A DNA stretch of 32,000 bases from Allobaculum fili. Its GTDB lineage: Bacteria; Bacillota_I; Bacilli_A; Erysipelotrichales; Erysipelotrichaceae. Positions 15,662 through 24,234 of this stretch are shown piece after piece (the stretch's first letter is position 1; every line of letters begins with the position of its first letter). The stretch lies in NCBI RefSeq assembly GCF_020969955.1, contig NZ_JAHDSX010000003.1, positions 60,001-92,000 of the forward strand, given 5' to 3'. Made by a program: the position numbers and the translations under genes. The notes below the pieces were generated by a model. That model had not been told where the DNA came from, searched no databases, and was given only the letters and a program-made list of their open reading frames with translations.

Positions 15662-16168
15662 TTATTCTTCGCAGGACTCTCCGCAGTTGCCGCAGAAACG
15701 GGCATCCAGCGGAAGTTTGGTGCCACAGAACGGGCAGTATTTAAACGTCATCGGCTGCTCGAACGGGTCTGAACGGTTTGAATCGCCGTTTCCGGTTTTG
15801 TTTCTGGAATCCAGATCTTCACACGGGCTGAGACTTTCGAGTCCATCTAAACTGTCCAGACTCTCAAGATTATCGAGACTGTCCAGATCGATTGAGCGAA
15901 GCTGGTCAAATATGCCGCCGGTTGAAGCGGCAGGTTCCGGTTTTGGCAGGTCCATCGTCTCAGTATGACGATCCCGCAGTTTGAGCTGTTCTTTAAGATG
16001 CGTAATCTGATCAAAATAAAGAATCAGTTCTGGCGTCGGTTCTTCGAAACGATTTTCATAAAACGCTTTGCCCAGTTCCCGGTACGCCGCATCGAGGGCT
16101 TCCAGAGACGATTCCCCTTGATCGGCTTTTGGCATTCGAATAAAAACTGTTTTATTATTTCCGCTCAT
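15662..16168 (-). CDS. Small cytoplasmic protein with C-terminal zinc ribbon and acidic Leu-Asp/Glu-Ser repeats (168 aa)
   Basis: C-terminal CPFCGTKLPLDARFCGNCG zinc-ribbon motif and a central IDLDSLDNLESLDSLDGLESL repeat. The ATG at 16168 lies 4 nt after the upstream stop (TAA 16175-16173). Confidence 0.75.
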   Translation of the reverse strand: MSGNNKTVFIRMPKADQGESSLEALDAAYRELGKAFYENRFEEPTPELILYFDQITHLKEQLKLRDRHTETMDLPKPEPAASTGGIFDQLRSIDLDSLDNLESLDSLDGLESLSPCEDLDSRNKTGNGDSNRSDPFEQPMTFKYCPFCGTKLPLDARFCGNCGESCEE

Positions 16169-16172
16169 AGTC

Positions 16173-16484
16173 TTACCCCAGTACAATCGCAAATTCGCGC
16201 TGCTTCAAATAGATCGCCGTATCCCGCCCAAGGTAATATCGACGATGTTTCCCCAGCGGCTGCCCGCTTTCTAAAAAGACAGCCCGGTTTTCAAACGGCT
16301 CAATTCCATACATGCCCAGATCACAATCGTAAAAAATGCCGACAGACGCCTTTTCGCTCTGTTCCAGAACGACTTCCGGCTCTTCCTCCATCTCCACGAA
16401 CACTTCTTCCAGATGGTGCAGCAGAACCGCTTCTCCCTTATGGAATGAGTCTGTGCCGATCAATACGCCTTCAAATCGGTTCAT
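16173..16484 (-). CDS. Hypothetical 103-aa protein (T7SS-locus associated)
   Basis: ATG 16484 is preceded by AAGGAGGA 8 nt upstream and overlaps the FHA gene 3' end by 14 nt. The track's 140-aa version starts further upstream without an RBS. No recognisable motif. Confidence 0.65.
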   Translation of the reverse strand: MNRFEGVLIGTDSFHKGEAVLLHHLEEVFVEMEEEPEVVLEQSEKASVGIFYDCDLGMYGIEPFENRAVFLESGQPLGKHRRYYLGRDTAIYLKQREFAIVLG

Positions 16485-17424
16485 GACGCAAATCCTCCTT
16501 GCTTTGTTCAAGCTGGAACAGCTGATTGGAGCCAAGGCGAAGAATCTGTCCGTCTCGGATTTCCGATTTCTGCGTGACGGGCTGATAATTGACAAACGTC
16601 TTGGAAGAAGAATTGAGATCTTCCACCATAACGCGATTCTCTTCCAGCGTCAGCCGGGCATGCCGCTCAGAGAGTGTCGTATCAAAATCGATGACAAAGT
16701 CGCTTTGCCTTCCGCATCCGATCAGCAGCTCTTTTTGCAGGCGAATCTGAATGCCCGTATTCATATGACGCAAAAACCAGTTTGACCGGGAACGCACGAT
16801 CGGTTCGGGCTCTGGGATGGAATCGGAATTTTGTACCATACCATCGTCAGAACTTTTCGGTATTTCAGCGAGCACTTCGACAGCTTCGGCAGCTTCGGCG
16901 GCTTCCTCTGGGGCTGGATCGGTTCTGAAGTCCAGCAAGTCATCCAGATCTCGCATAGCCGTATCTTCCGCCTTTTTTTCCTCGACTTCCTGATAATTTT
17001 GTTCCTGCTGAGTTTCGACAGGATCCGCTTTATCCTGCACGATGGTTTCTGCTGGACGTTCCGGTATGATTTCTGGAGCCTTCTTGCTCAAAAGGTCCGT
17101 CTCCACTTTGGAATCTGAGGAAAATTCCCGGAACATCTGATCAAAGATGTCTTTTTTGGATGACGTGGTTTCGTTTTTTGCGGATTCGAAAGCTGGAAAA
17201 CCGGCAGGCTTTTCTTCCGGAAAAACGAACGGTTCGGGTTCGGTCTGGGAATGGATGTTTGAGAAATCGCCGCCGCAGATTTCCTTTTCTTCGCTGTCTA
17301 CGGCTTTATGTCGAATGGGATCGCTGGCTGTTCTGGGAACCACGATCGGAATCAGCCCGCTAATACGGGCGGAAACCGGCGGGATATCCAGTGACGAAAC
17401 AGAAATCCACTTTGCTTTTTTCAT
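16471..17424 (-). CDS. FHA-domain protein with long acidic, probably disordered N-terminal region (317 aa)
   Basis: C-terminal FHA pattern: LLIGCGRQSDFVIDFDTTLSERHARLTLEENRVMVEDLNSSSKTFVNYQPV...DGQILRLGSNQLFQL (G-R ... S..HA ... N.t.vNg). ATG 17424 is preceded by AAGGAAGGA. Confidence 0.85.
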   Translation of the reverse strand: MKKAKWISVSSLDIPPVSARISGLIPIVVPRTASDPIRHKAVDSEEKEICGGDFSNIHSQTEPEPFVFPEEKPAGFPAFESAKNETTSSKKDIFDQMFREFSSDSKVETDLLSKKAPEIIPERPAETIVQDKADPVETQQEQNYQEVEEKKAEDTAMRDLDDLLDFRTDPAPEEAAEAAEAVEVLAEIPKSSDDGMVQNSDSIPEPEPIVRSRSNWFLRHMNTGIQIRLQKELLIGCGRQSDFVIDFDTTLSERHARLTLEENRVMVEDLNSSSKTFVNYQPVTQKSEIRDGQILRLGSNQLFQLEQSKEDLRHEPI

Positions 17425-17493
17425 GTGTCCTTCCTTATGGCTTATCGTGGTCTGCCTATCCTTTTTTCGGATTCCAAAGAAGGGGGCAGATAT

Positions 17494-17527
17494 ACGAAAC
17501 GTGGCTCGCTGTCGAACCACGTTTCGT
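17494..17527. repeat. Perfect 11-bp inverted repeat (ACGAAACGTGG - 12 nt - CCACGTTTCGT) between the small-protein genes and the FHA gene
   Basis: Arms at 17494-17504 and 17517-17527 are exactly complementary, with no adjacent U-run. A second AU-rich hairpin (CCGTTTTTT ... AAAAAACGG, 17583-17623) abuts the stop at 17626. Confidence 0.7.
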
Positions 17528-17625
17528 CAGGTGCGATCCAGTCGGGCTGTACCCGGCGGATCGCTGAAACAAATTATGGATGCCGTTTTTTCGTCCTGGC
17601 TCGACGTCATTTTGAAAAAACGGTT

Positions 17626-17922
17626 TTATTTCATTTGTCGCTGAAGATCCAGAGCGCTTTCTTCACATCGTTTCAGACTCTCTTCCAGATCCTGAAGGGT
17701 ACGGGTCATTGCCGATTCGTAGTCTTCGAGGAGCTGCTGGAGCTTCTGATTTTCCTGTATCAGCGTTTCGCACGGATGGGCAGCCGCGTGGAGTTCAGGT
17801 GACTGTCTCAGATTTGCGATGATGGAAAGAAGAAGGTTTCTCTCCTGCAGAAGAGTCTCTCTGGAGCGATGGAGCTGTCGTGCCGAGGTTCGAATTTTAT
17901 CCGAAGATCGCATTCGCCTCAT
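17626..17922 (-). CDS. Small coiled-coil protein (95-98 aa), possible T7SS substrate or partner
   Basis: Heptad-like helical sequence (LIQENQKLQQLLEDYESAMTRTLQDLEESLKRCEESALDLQRQ). Start is ATG 17922 or 17913, overlapping the upstream gene's 3' end (stop 17897) by 17-26 nt. Confidence 0.55.
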   Translation of the reverse strand: MRRMRSSDKIRTSARQLHRSRETLLQERNLLLSIIANLRQSPELHAAAHPCETLIQENQKLQQLLEDYESAMTRTLQDLEESLKRCEESALDLQRQMK

Positions 17923-18223
17923 CTTCCAGCGCCTTCAGATCATCCGTGATGGTGCTCTGTGTCTGGGTCATGGAATTGAGATAGTTTTCAATCTGGGTTC
18001 TGGCAGCAATGGTTTTCGTGATTACCGTCTGCACATTATGCAGATGGGTATCCAGGTTTCGGACCGCGTCGTTTCCCACGTTGCCAATTACGCCGTTCTG
18101 CATATTTTCTTTAACTTTCTGCAGGTCTTTCTGATATCCCTGCATCTTATCCAGTTCGGCTCCAAGTTTGTCGAGAGTCTGTCGATATTTTTCTTCCGAG
18201 ACTTTAAGTTTCAGTTTTTCCAT
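17897..18223 (-). CDS. Small helical protein, WXG100/ESAT-6-like size class (108 aa), no W-x-G
   Basis: ~100-aa two-helix-type composition with a G/N-rich turn in the middle (ENMQNGVIGNVGNDAV). The RBS is weak (AAAGAAAG). Confidence 0.6.
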   Translation of the reverse strand: MEKLKLKVSEEKYRQTLDKLGAELDKMQGYQKDLQKVKENMQNGVIGNVGNDAVRNLDTHLHNVQTVITKTIAARTQIENYLNSMTQTQSTITDDLKALEDEANAIFG

Positions 18224-18283
18224 AGTCTTTCTTTTAATGTGTTCTCTTTCTATTTTCTGATTGACTTAGATGTACAGTTTCGA

Positions 18284-18604
18284 TTACTTGCCTTTTCCGA
18301 TGCCGGCAGAGCGGAGGGAATCCGTTGCATTTTTCTCCGCGCCGACCAGGGATTCTCCAGCGCGGATAAAGCCCTTCGCCAGATCCCAGATGACCTGTAC
18401 ACAGGCATCCACCAGATCTACAAACTCATTGCCGACTTCTTTAAGGTGATCCGAGAATGTACCTTCGCTTTCCTCGTACAGCTCTCCAATCAGTGCGTCT
18501 ACCGCTTTGCTGCTTTCCTGGATAACAGTTCCAATGTTTTGAAGATCTTCGGCAGACATATCCATAACTTCTGTTGCGACTTCCAGTTCCCAATTTCCAC
18601 TCAT
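18284..18604 (-). CDS. WXG100/ESAT-6-like small helical protein (106 aa) with degenerate central motif (S-E-G instead of W-x-G)
   Basis: Strong RBS (AAGGAGGAAAG). The N-terminus MSGNWELEVATEV...AEDL is like the M.G.I.V..E.L starts of Esx proteins. The central LYEESEGTFSDHLKEV aligns by eye with the WEGQAFSRFEEQF hairpin of EsxA. Confidence 0.7.
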   Translation of the reverse strand: MSGNWELEVATEVMDMSAEDLQNIGTVIQESSKAVDALIGELYEESEGTFSDHLKEVGNEFVDLVDACVQVIWDLAKGFIRAGESLVGAEKNATDSLRSAGIGKGK

Positions 18605-18630
18605 AGTTCTTTCCTCCTTGTTTCTTTGTT

Positions 18631-18813
18631 TTACTCACCATTTCGGATCAGCCATTCTTTCAGGCGCCGGATCTGCTCGAGCTGAGCCTGACGCGCGTGA
18701 ATGTATTCCCGGGAAAATTCTCCCTCCGTTTCGCGCTGCCAGCTTTCCACGTCCATTTCTATACTGTGGATCAGCCTTTGAATCTGATCGAATAGTTCCT
18801 GTCGGTTCTGCAT
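18631..18813 (-). CDS. Small helical protein (60 aa), T7SS-locus associated
   Basis: The ATG at 18813 overlaps the YukD-like stop as TGATG (translational coupling). All-helical composition. Confidence 0.6.
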   Translation of the reverse strand: MQNRQELFDQIQRLIHSIEMDVESWQRETEGEFSREYIHARQAQLEQIRRLKEWLIRNGE

Positions 18814-19064
18814 CAAAGTAAATATAGTACATCCCCCTGACCGATCGAATAATCTTTCAAATCGTTGCCGCTTTTTAATACGCGCTGCTGTTTTTGACTA
18901 AACAGAACTTCCTGTTCGGAGGCGTAATACTTTCCGCCGGCCAGATTTTCAACCGCCTGAGCGAGCAGCTGGGTCAGTTCCTTGCAGTCCATCGAATCCG
19001 GAACCATCAGGTTGTATGTTTTCTGAATGGAAGGAACGTATAAATCGATCAGTATTTTTTCCAT
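18813..19064 (-). CDS. esaB: YukD/EsaB-family ubiquitin-like T7SS protein (83 aa)
   Basis: MEKILIDLYVPSIQKTYNLMVPDSMDCKELTQLL...LKDYSIGQGDVLYLL fits the YukD pattern (I.IDL ... dL.vp ... L.d.gI.dGD.L.L) and the gene lies immediately downstream of essC. Start is placed at the internal ATG 19064 (GAAAGGAA upstream). The track's 107-aa version lacks an RBS. Confidence 0.8.
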   Translation of the reverse strand: MEKILIDLYVPSIQKTYNLMVPDSMDCKELTQLLAQAVENLAGGKYYASEQEVLFSQKQQRVLKSGNDLKDYSIGQGDVLYLL

Positions 19065-19293
19065 AAACAGTTCCTTTCTTTGCAGCTCTATTTTCGCCGC
19101 CGTATCCATCCTGGCTTTCGTTCGTTCAGGGGACATTCCGTCCGAAAGAAGGCCTGCTCTGAACCGTCTTTCCTTTCCCGGAGTCCTTTATCTTTTCTGA
19201 ATCAGATCACTTTTCACTTTCCCGATCACCATCTCTTTTCCAATCCCTTTCTCTTTCCTGACCCGTATCTCGTGCAAAATGCACGCAGCCGGT

Positions 19294-22200
19294 CTAGCTG
19301 AGAACCGGCCGTTCATCCTCATCTTCCTGTGCGGTTTTCCTTAAATCGCCAAGCGGAAGGAAAATGGTTTCGACCTGATCGTTTTCCCAGATCAGCCCGT
19401 TATTGAGATTTTGCGTTTTGGATGGACGGACAATTCTGGAATATTCGCGCGGCAAAGTCACCAGATCCTGCCGGTCAAAGCATCCGCCAAATAACAGGGT
19501 CAGTTTCCCTTTGAAATGTGACTTCATCATAGCGTCGAAGCGTTCCGGGTCATTGGCAAGGGTGAATCTTCGAAGTTCTTCTACTTCCTCGAGGGTCAGA
19601 TTCCCTTCGTCCAGCTTTGATTTTTCTGTCTCGTGCAGTTTTCGGCTGGCCAGAGAAATGCGTTCCTTGTCCTGAGGATGCCAGCCGAATACAAAATAAA
19701 TATTGAAACCGGCTGTGTTGTTAATGATCCCGCTTAAAGGTCCGGCAGATCCGGCACTGAGATTCAGGATCAGATCCCCGTAATCGTCCACGAGAATAAA
19801 CAGAGGCTCTGTTCTTCTTCGCATCTCTTTGCGGACGATTTTCAGGCTGGCGGCTTTTTTCCAGTCTTCGATGCCTTTTTCCTTCTGGATTTCCAGGCGG
19901 ATCGTTTTGCGCTCCTTTGCGATTTTCGCAAGCTGATTGACGAACGTGTTCACCGTCTGAGCGGTCAGTTTTGTCCACTCGATTCCTTCTCGATGCGTTT
20001 TGGGAAGCTCAGAAGCACTCAGTCGAATCACAGAGCCCCCGCTCTTTTTGACGGCGGTCTGAATGGCGCCCATGACGTAGTTCACAGCGTCTGGATTTCC
20101 AAAGTAGACAGGCAGGGTGCTCAGCTGCTGAAACGGCAGCGCAATCGGGCGCAGCCGGCTGCGGATAATTCCAAGCGGAATGCGTTCTGGTTTGAACGGC
20201 GCGATGAACTCCTCATACGTCTGTTCCGGATCGATCTGCGTCAGATGATCGGGCTCGGCTGCGTCTTTCCAGATCGTATTCGCGGTTTCAATTTGCGAAA
20301 GGATCTGACCGTAGCGTTCGGCGTCATCGAGCTGAGGGTCGAGCGCGGCTGCCTGGAACTCTAAAACCCGCTTGTCCTTTCGGATGTAGCCGCGTCCGGG
20401 AAGCGGATCGGGAAAGGCCTTCGGCCGGATATCCAGCAGATCCTGATACAGATACATATCGGTCAGCCGTAAGGGCAAAGACGTCTGAATGACGCTCTGC
20501 TGTCTGGCGGTCACATTGCGCACGTCCGCGACGAGAAGCATGAACTGAATGCCGAAAGCCGGTCCGTCCCTCAGCAGCCGAAGAAGCTGATCGAGCGCCT
20601 GACGGCCCTGTCCCCTGTCGGGGAAATCGTCAAATCCGTCAATGATAAAAAACGTCAGCGGAAGGCGCTGCACTCGGCGCATGGACGCAAAGCTCGTCCG
20701 GTTATACTGCGCAAACAGTTTTTTGCGTTTTTCGAGCAGATCGTACGCAAACTGAATGAGCAGGCAGAGTTCCTCTTCGGAAGGTCGGCTCATGCACATG
20801 CCGACATGTTTCAGTTGGGAAAACATGCCCAGTGACTTTCCCGTCAGGTCGGCAATATAAAACTGCAGATCTTCCGGTGAATTTCTATCGATTGAAGTGA
20901 GAAGAATGGTTTCCGCCAGCCAGGTTTTTCCAGTTCCCGGCTCGCCGGCAATTAAAATGTTTCCCGCATTGGCCAGATCCAGCGTATAGGGCAGCTGTTC
21001 CTGATTTTCCGGATCATCCGTCAGACCGATCGTTACCGAATAGGAATCTTCCGGCTGCTTCAGAGAGCTCAGGCTGATCTGCGGATTGAGCGGGTCGAGC
21101 CATAAGGAAGGCACTTCGATTCCCTTCTGTCTGGCCAGATCGGACAAATAGGTCACTAAGGAAACGAGCTGCGAGCGGCCTTTTTGCCGTCTGGTCTGAA
21201 TCGGCTTGGTTTTAAAATACGGTTCGCCATTGGGATCGAGAAAAAGGATTTCCTTGTTTTCCGAAGACTGCGCTTCATCGGACGGCTTATACTCGGCGCC
21301 GGTCCACGCGGACTGACCCATCGCAAAGTACTCGTCGTATCCCACCAGCATGTAAAAGCGGCCGGTTTCCTTGATTTCGGCCGCATAAGGCCGGTTGATC
21401 ATGTCATTGGAGTCGCTGCGGTCCTGAACTTTCAGGCTGACGCGGAATTTGGTGTTGCTTTTGATCTGACCCGTGACGACACCCGCCGGTTTCTGGGTCG
21501 CCAGAATGAGGTGGACGCCAAGGCTTCGGCCGATACGTGCAGTAGAAACGAGCTGATCGAGAAATTCCGGATGCTGGTCATTCAGCTCCGCAAACTCATC
21601 GGAAATAATGAGCAGATGGGAAACCGGTTCGCTCACAACGCCGCGGCGGTAAAGCTGCTGGTAGCCGTAAATGTCCATCGTTCCTTCGTTGGCAATGGAT
21701 TTGGCTTCATTGAATATTTTCTGGCGGCGCTTGAGTTCACTCTCGATCGATGCCAGAGCCCGGTTCATCGTGCTTTCGTCCAGGTTGGTAATCGTACCCG
21801 CAACATGCGGCAGCTTGATTCCGCGCTGCGGATCCACAAACGCGCCCGTAAGACCTCCGCCCTTGAAGTCGATCAGAATAAACGAGACTTCGTACGGATG
21901 ATAGTTAACGGCCAGCGACAGAACGTAGGAAATGATGAACTCACTTTTACCCGACCCGGTCATACCGGCGATCAGGCCATGCGGGCCATGCTTTTTTTCA
22001 TGAATATCCAGCTCAAACAAAGACCCGTCGGGATGGACACCGACTGGTGCAGCCAGCGTTTTCATCGGGTTGGAATCTTTCCAGCGCTGTTCAATATCGA
22101 GATGTTCAATACGGCCGGCTTTGTACATTTCCAGAAAGGTCAGCATCGCCGGCAGTTCTTCTTCCTTTTTCTCTTTGGGACGGCGGATATTGGAAATTTC

Positions 22201-24048
22201 GCTGAACGCCTTCATCAGAGCGTTTCTGGAAATCGAAGCGTCCAGACAGAACAGATCCGGCTTTTCCTGATGTTCCAGCTGCAAAATATGAATGCCTCCC
22301 TCTTCGAGAGAAAAGACTTTCGTACACTCCTTAGGCAGGATGGTCGAAAAGCTGAAAATGCTGAAGCCAAGGTTGTGTCCGGCCGTGACTGCTGTCCAGA
22401 GCGATTTTGCGGATTCAAGCAGTTCCTGCGAAAAGGAGAAGACCAGATAGTACGGCGGGTTTTCCAGAACCTGTTCGCGGCGGCCTTCCTTTTTCTGCGC
22501 TTCTTCCACTCGTTCACTCAGACGCTTGGATGCTTCGGCTGCATCGGCTTCGCTGGTAATAATCCAGCGAAACTCCTGCCGGTCATCCCAGATGTGGGGC
22601 AGAAATTTTAAAAACGGATTTTCCTCCAGCATATCGCGGTCCATGACCAGAATGATTTTCAGCTCTTCCGACGCATGCAAGTAGCAGATCTGAAACAGGA
22701 GCCGGTAAAACAAGGAGAGCTTTCTCTGCAGGCTGCCGCGCACGCCGCAAATGTAATCCTCGATAAAATCGACTGTGATCGGCGCATCCGTCAAGGCGTA
22801 ATCCTGTTCGACGAGCCCGTACATTTTGAGGGCCAGAGAATCTTCATCGACGCCAAACGATCGGGATGGATACTGAATTTCACTTTTGAGCGGAACTTTT
22901 CCTTTGCCGATGCGCAGACGCAGAAAGTCCTGATGAACCGGTCTTCTTTCCCACAGCCGTCTACGGCTGGGCAGAAAGCGGAACAGATCGTCTTCCGACG
23001 GATTGTTTTCGTTGAGGTCCTGCAGTTCCATCGCCTGAACCGTTTCAATCTGATTCTGGATTTCACTGAGATATTCGTTGTAGCGAACATACCGGCGGTT
23101 TTCGTATTCTTTTCGTTCTTTCTCGGTAAACTTCGAAGTCAGCATGGGAAACATGACCGAACTGATCAGAGACGTGAAGTTTCCATTGAGCGCACTCATT
23201 CCGGAAAACACAGCCGGGCCGCCAAGGCGCAGCAGCAGAGGAATCTTGTTGGCGCTCATGGAAAGGGGCGGCAGGTCGACGGTAATTTTGACGGGATCAA
23301 AATGAAACGCACGTTCGCGCGGCTTGCGAAAAAACGGGATGCTTTCCCTTGGTTTGGGAAGAGAAGACCATTCCTTTAACTGAATGGGGTCCGTCAGAGG
23401 CGTCAGGGAGCGCACGACCGTATGTTCGGTCAGGCTCTGGATCGATAAAAAGCCTAATCCGACGACAATCAGACAGCCTGGAAATTCCAGACGGTCGCCG
23501 GCCTGAAGCGAACGCAGCGAAACAAATTCGCCGTTTACGCGCGTTCCAAACGAACTGTGCTCATCGCGCAGATGCATGCCCTCCGAGGAAAGATCGATCG
23601 TCGCATGCAGACGGGAGACGAGCGGATTATCGATTTGAATGTCGTTTTCTGACATTCGGCCGATGTGAATCTGACCGGTGCGCGGCAGGAGAAAGTTTTT
23701 CATCAAAACGGTATCTTCCGCATCCTCGATCAGCAGAACCTGCAGCCGAATCGAACCGAATTCAATTTCAAAGGCTTCCAGATTCTGAAGATCCAGACTC
23801 GTCTGCGGCTGCGTCTGATCCCAGGCTTTCAGCCGCCCGTTTCCAAAAATGGAAATTCTCTGCTCCTTTTCGTTGCGTTCAAACCAGAGGTTGATGAAGC
23901 TGTATCGATCCGAAAGCCAGATGCGACTTCGTCCGATGGGGTACTGGGACAGAGATTTGACCGTGATCAGCTGCCCTTCATGAATGAAGTACAGATTTCT
24001 GGAGCATTCTGGTACCTGTTTTAAAGAGAGTCCCTGTTCTCGACCCAT
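19294..24048 (-). CDS. essC: Type VII secretion ATPase EssC/YukB (FtsK/SpoIIIE family, N-terminal FHA domains), 1584 aa
   Basis: The N-terminal FHA region has a degenerate FHA1 and a canonical FHA2 (IHIGRMSENDIQIDNPLVSRLHATI...FGTRVNGEFV, about nt 23464-23676). A hydrophobic stretch consistent with two TM helices follows (aa ~268-303). There are three P-loop-type domains: D1 Walker A GMTGSGKS (nt 21943-21966) with Walker B LLIISDEF, D2 GEPGTGKT with IIDGFDD, and D3 without a Walker A. The RBS is AGGAAGTG. Confidence 0.95.
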   Translation of the reverse strand: MGREQGLSLKQVPECSRNLYFIHEGQLITVKSLSQYPIGRSRIWLSDRYSFINLWFERNEKEQRISIFGNGRLKAWDQTQPQTSLDLQNLEAFEIEFGSIRLQVLLIEDAEDTVLMKNFLLPRTGQIHIGRMSENDIQIDNPLVSRLHATIDLSSEGMHLRDEHSSFGTRVNGEFVSLRSLQAGDRLEFPGCLIVVGLGFLSIQSLTEHTVVRSLTPLTDPIQLKEWSSLPKPRESIPFFRKPRERAFHFDPVKITVDLPPLSMSANKIPLLLRLGGPAVFSGMSALNGNFTSLISSVMFPMLTSKFTEKERKEYENRRYVRYNEYLSEIQNQIETVQAMELQDLNENNPSEDDLFRFLPSRRRLWERRPVHQDFLRLRIGKGKVPLKSEIQYPSRSFGVDEDSLALKMYGLVEQDYALTDAPITVDFIEDYICGVRGSLQRKLSLFYRLLFQICYLHASEELKIILVMDRDMLEENPFLKFLPHIWDDRQEFRWIITSEADAAEASKRLSERVEEAQKKEGRREQVLENPPYYLVFSFSQELLESAKSLWTAVTAGHNLGFSIFSFSTILPKECTKVFSLEEGGIHILQLEHQEKPDLFCLDASISRNALMKAFSEISNIRRPKEKKEEELPAMLTFLEMYKAGRIEHLDIEQRWKDSNPMKTLAAPVGVHPDGSLFELDIHEKKHGPHGLIAGMTGSGKSEFIISYVLSLAVNYHPYEVSFILIDFKGGGLTGAFVDPQRGIKLPHVAGTITNLDESTMNRALASIESELKRRQKIFNEAKSIANEGTMDIYGYQQLYRRGVVSEPVSHLLIISDEFAELNDQHPEFLDQLVSTARIGRSLGVHLILATQKPAGVVTGQIKSNTKFRVSLKVQDRSDSNDMINRPYAAEIKETGRFYMLVGYDEYFAMGQSAWTGAEYKPSDEAQSSENKEILFLDPNGEPYFKTKPIQTRRQKGRSQLVSLVTYLSDLARQKGIEVPSLWLDPLNPQISLSSLKQPEDSYSVTIGLTDDPENQEQLPYTLDLANAGNILIAGEPGTGKTWLAETILLTSIDRNSPEDLQFYIADLTGKSLGMFSQLKHVGMCMSRPSEEELCLLIQFAYDLLEKRKKLFAQYNRTSFASMRRVQRLPLTFFIIDGFDDFPDRGQGRQALDQLLRLLRDGPAFGIQFMLLVADVRNVTARQQSVIQTSLPLRLTDMYLYQDLLDIRPKAFPDPLPGRGYIRKDKRVLEFQAAALDPQLDDAERYGQILSQIETANTIWKDAAEPDHLTQIDPEQTYEEFIAPFKPERIPLGIIRSRLRPIALPFQQLSTLPVYFGNPDAVNYVMGAIQTAVKKSGGSVIRLSASELPKTHREGIEWTKLTAQTVNTFVNQLAKIAKERKTIRLEIQKEKGIEDWKKAASLKIVRKEMRRRTEPLFILVDDYGDLILNLSAGSAGPLSGIINNTAGFNIYFVFGWHPQDKERISLASRKLHETEKSKLDEGNLTLEEVEELRRFTLANDPERFDAMMKSHFKGKLTLLFGGCFDRQDLVTLPREYSRIVRPSKTQNLNNGLIWENDQVETIFLPLGDLRKTAQEDEDERPVLS

Positions 24049-24234
24049 ACAATCACTTCCTAACTAAATCTTCCCGATTTTTCCCTGTCCTGTCCTGCCT
24101 GCCTCGGCTTCTGCACAGAAAAACACGTCGGTACGTCGACGCCATCCGGCAAAACCGTCTTTATGGCCTGCCGAGCTTAGCGTTAAGCGCAGGTTCACCC
24201 TGAGACGGCTGGCGCATGAGGCTGGCGGAACTGG

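Noticed and set aside
21184-22611. 475-aa plus-strand ORF inside essC
   Set aside because: It is antisense to the essC D1 ATPase region with its verified Walker A codons, and it is a low-complexity Arg/Phe-rich shadow.
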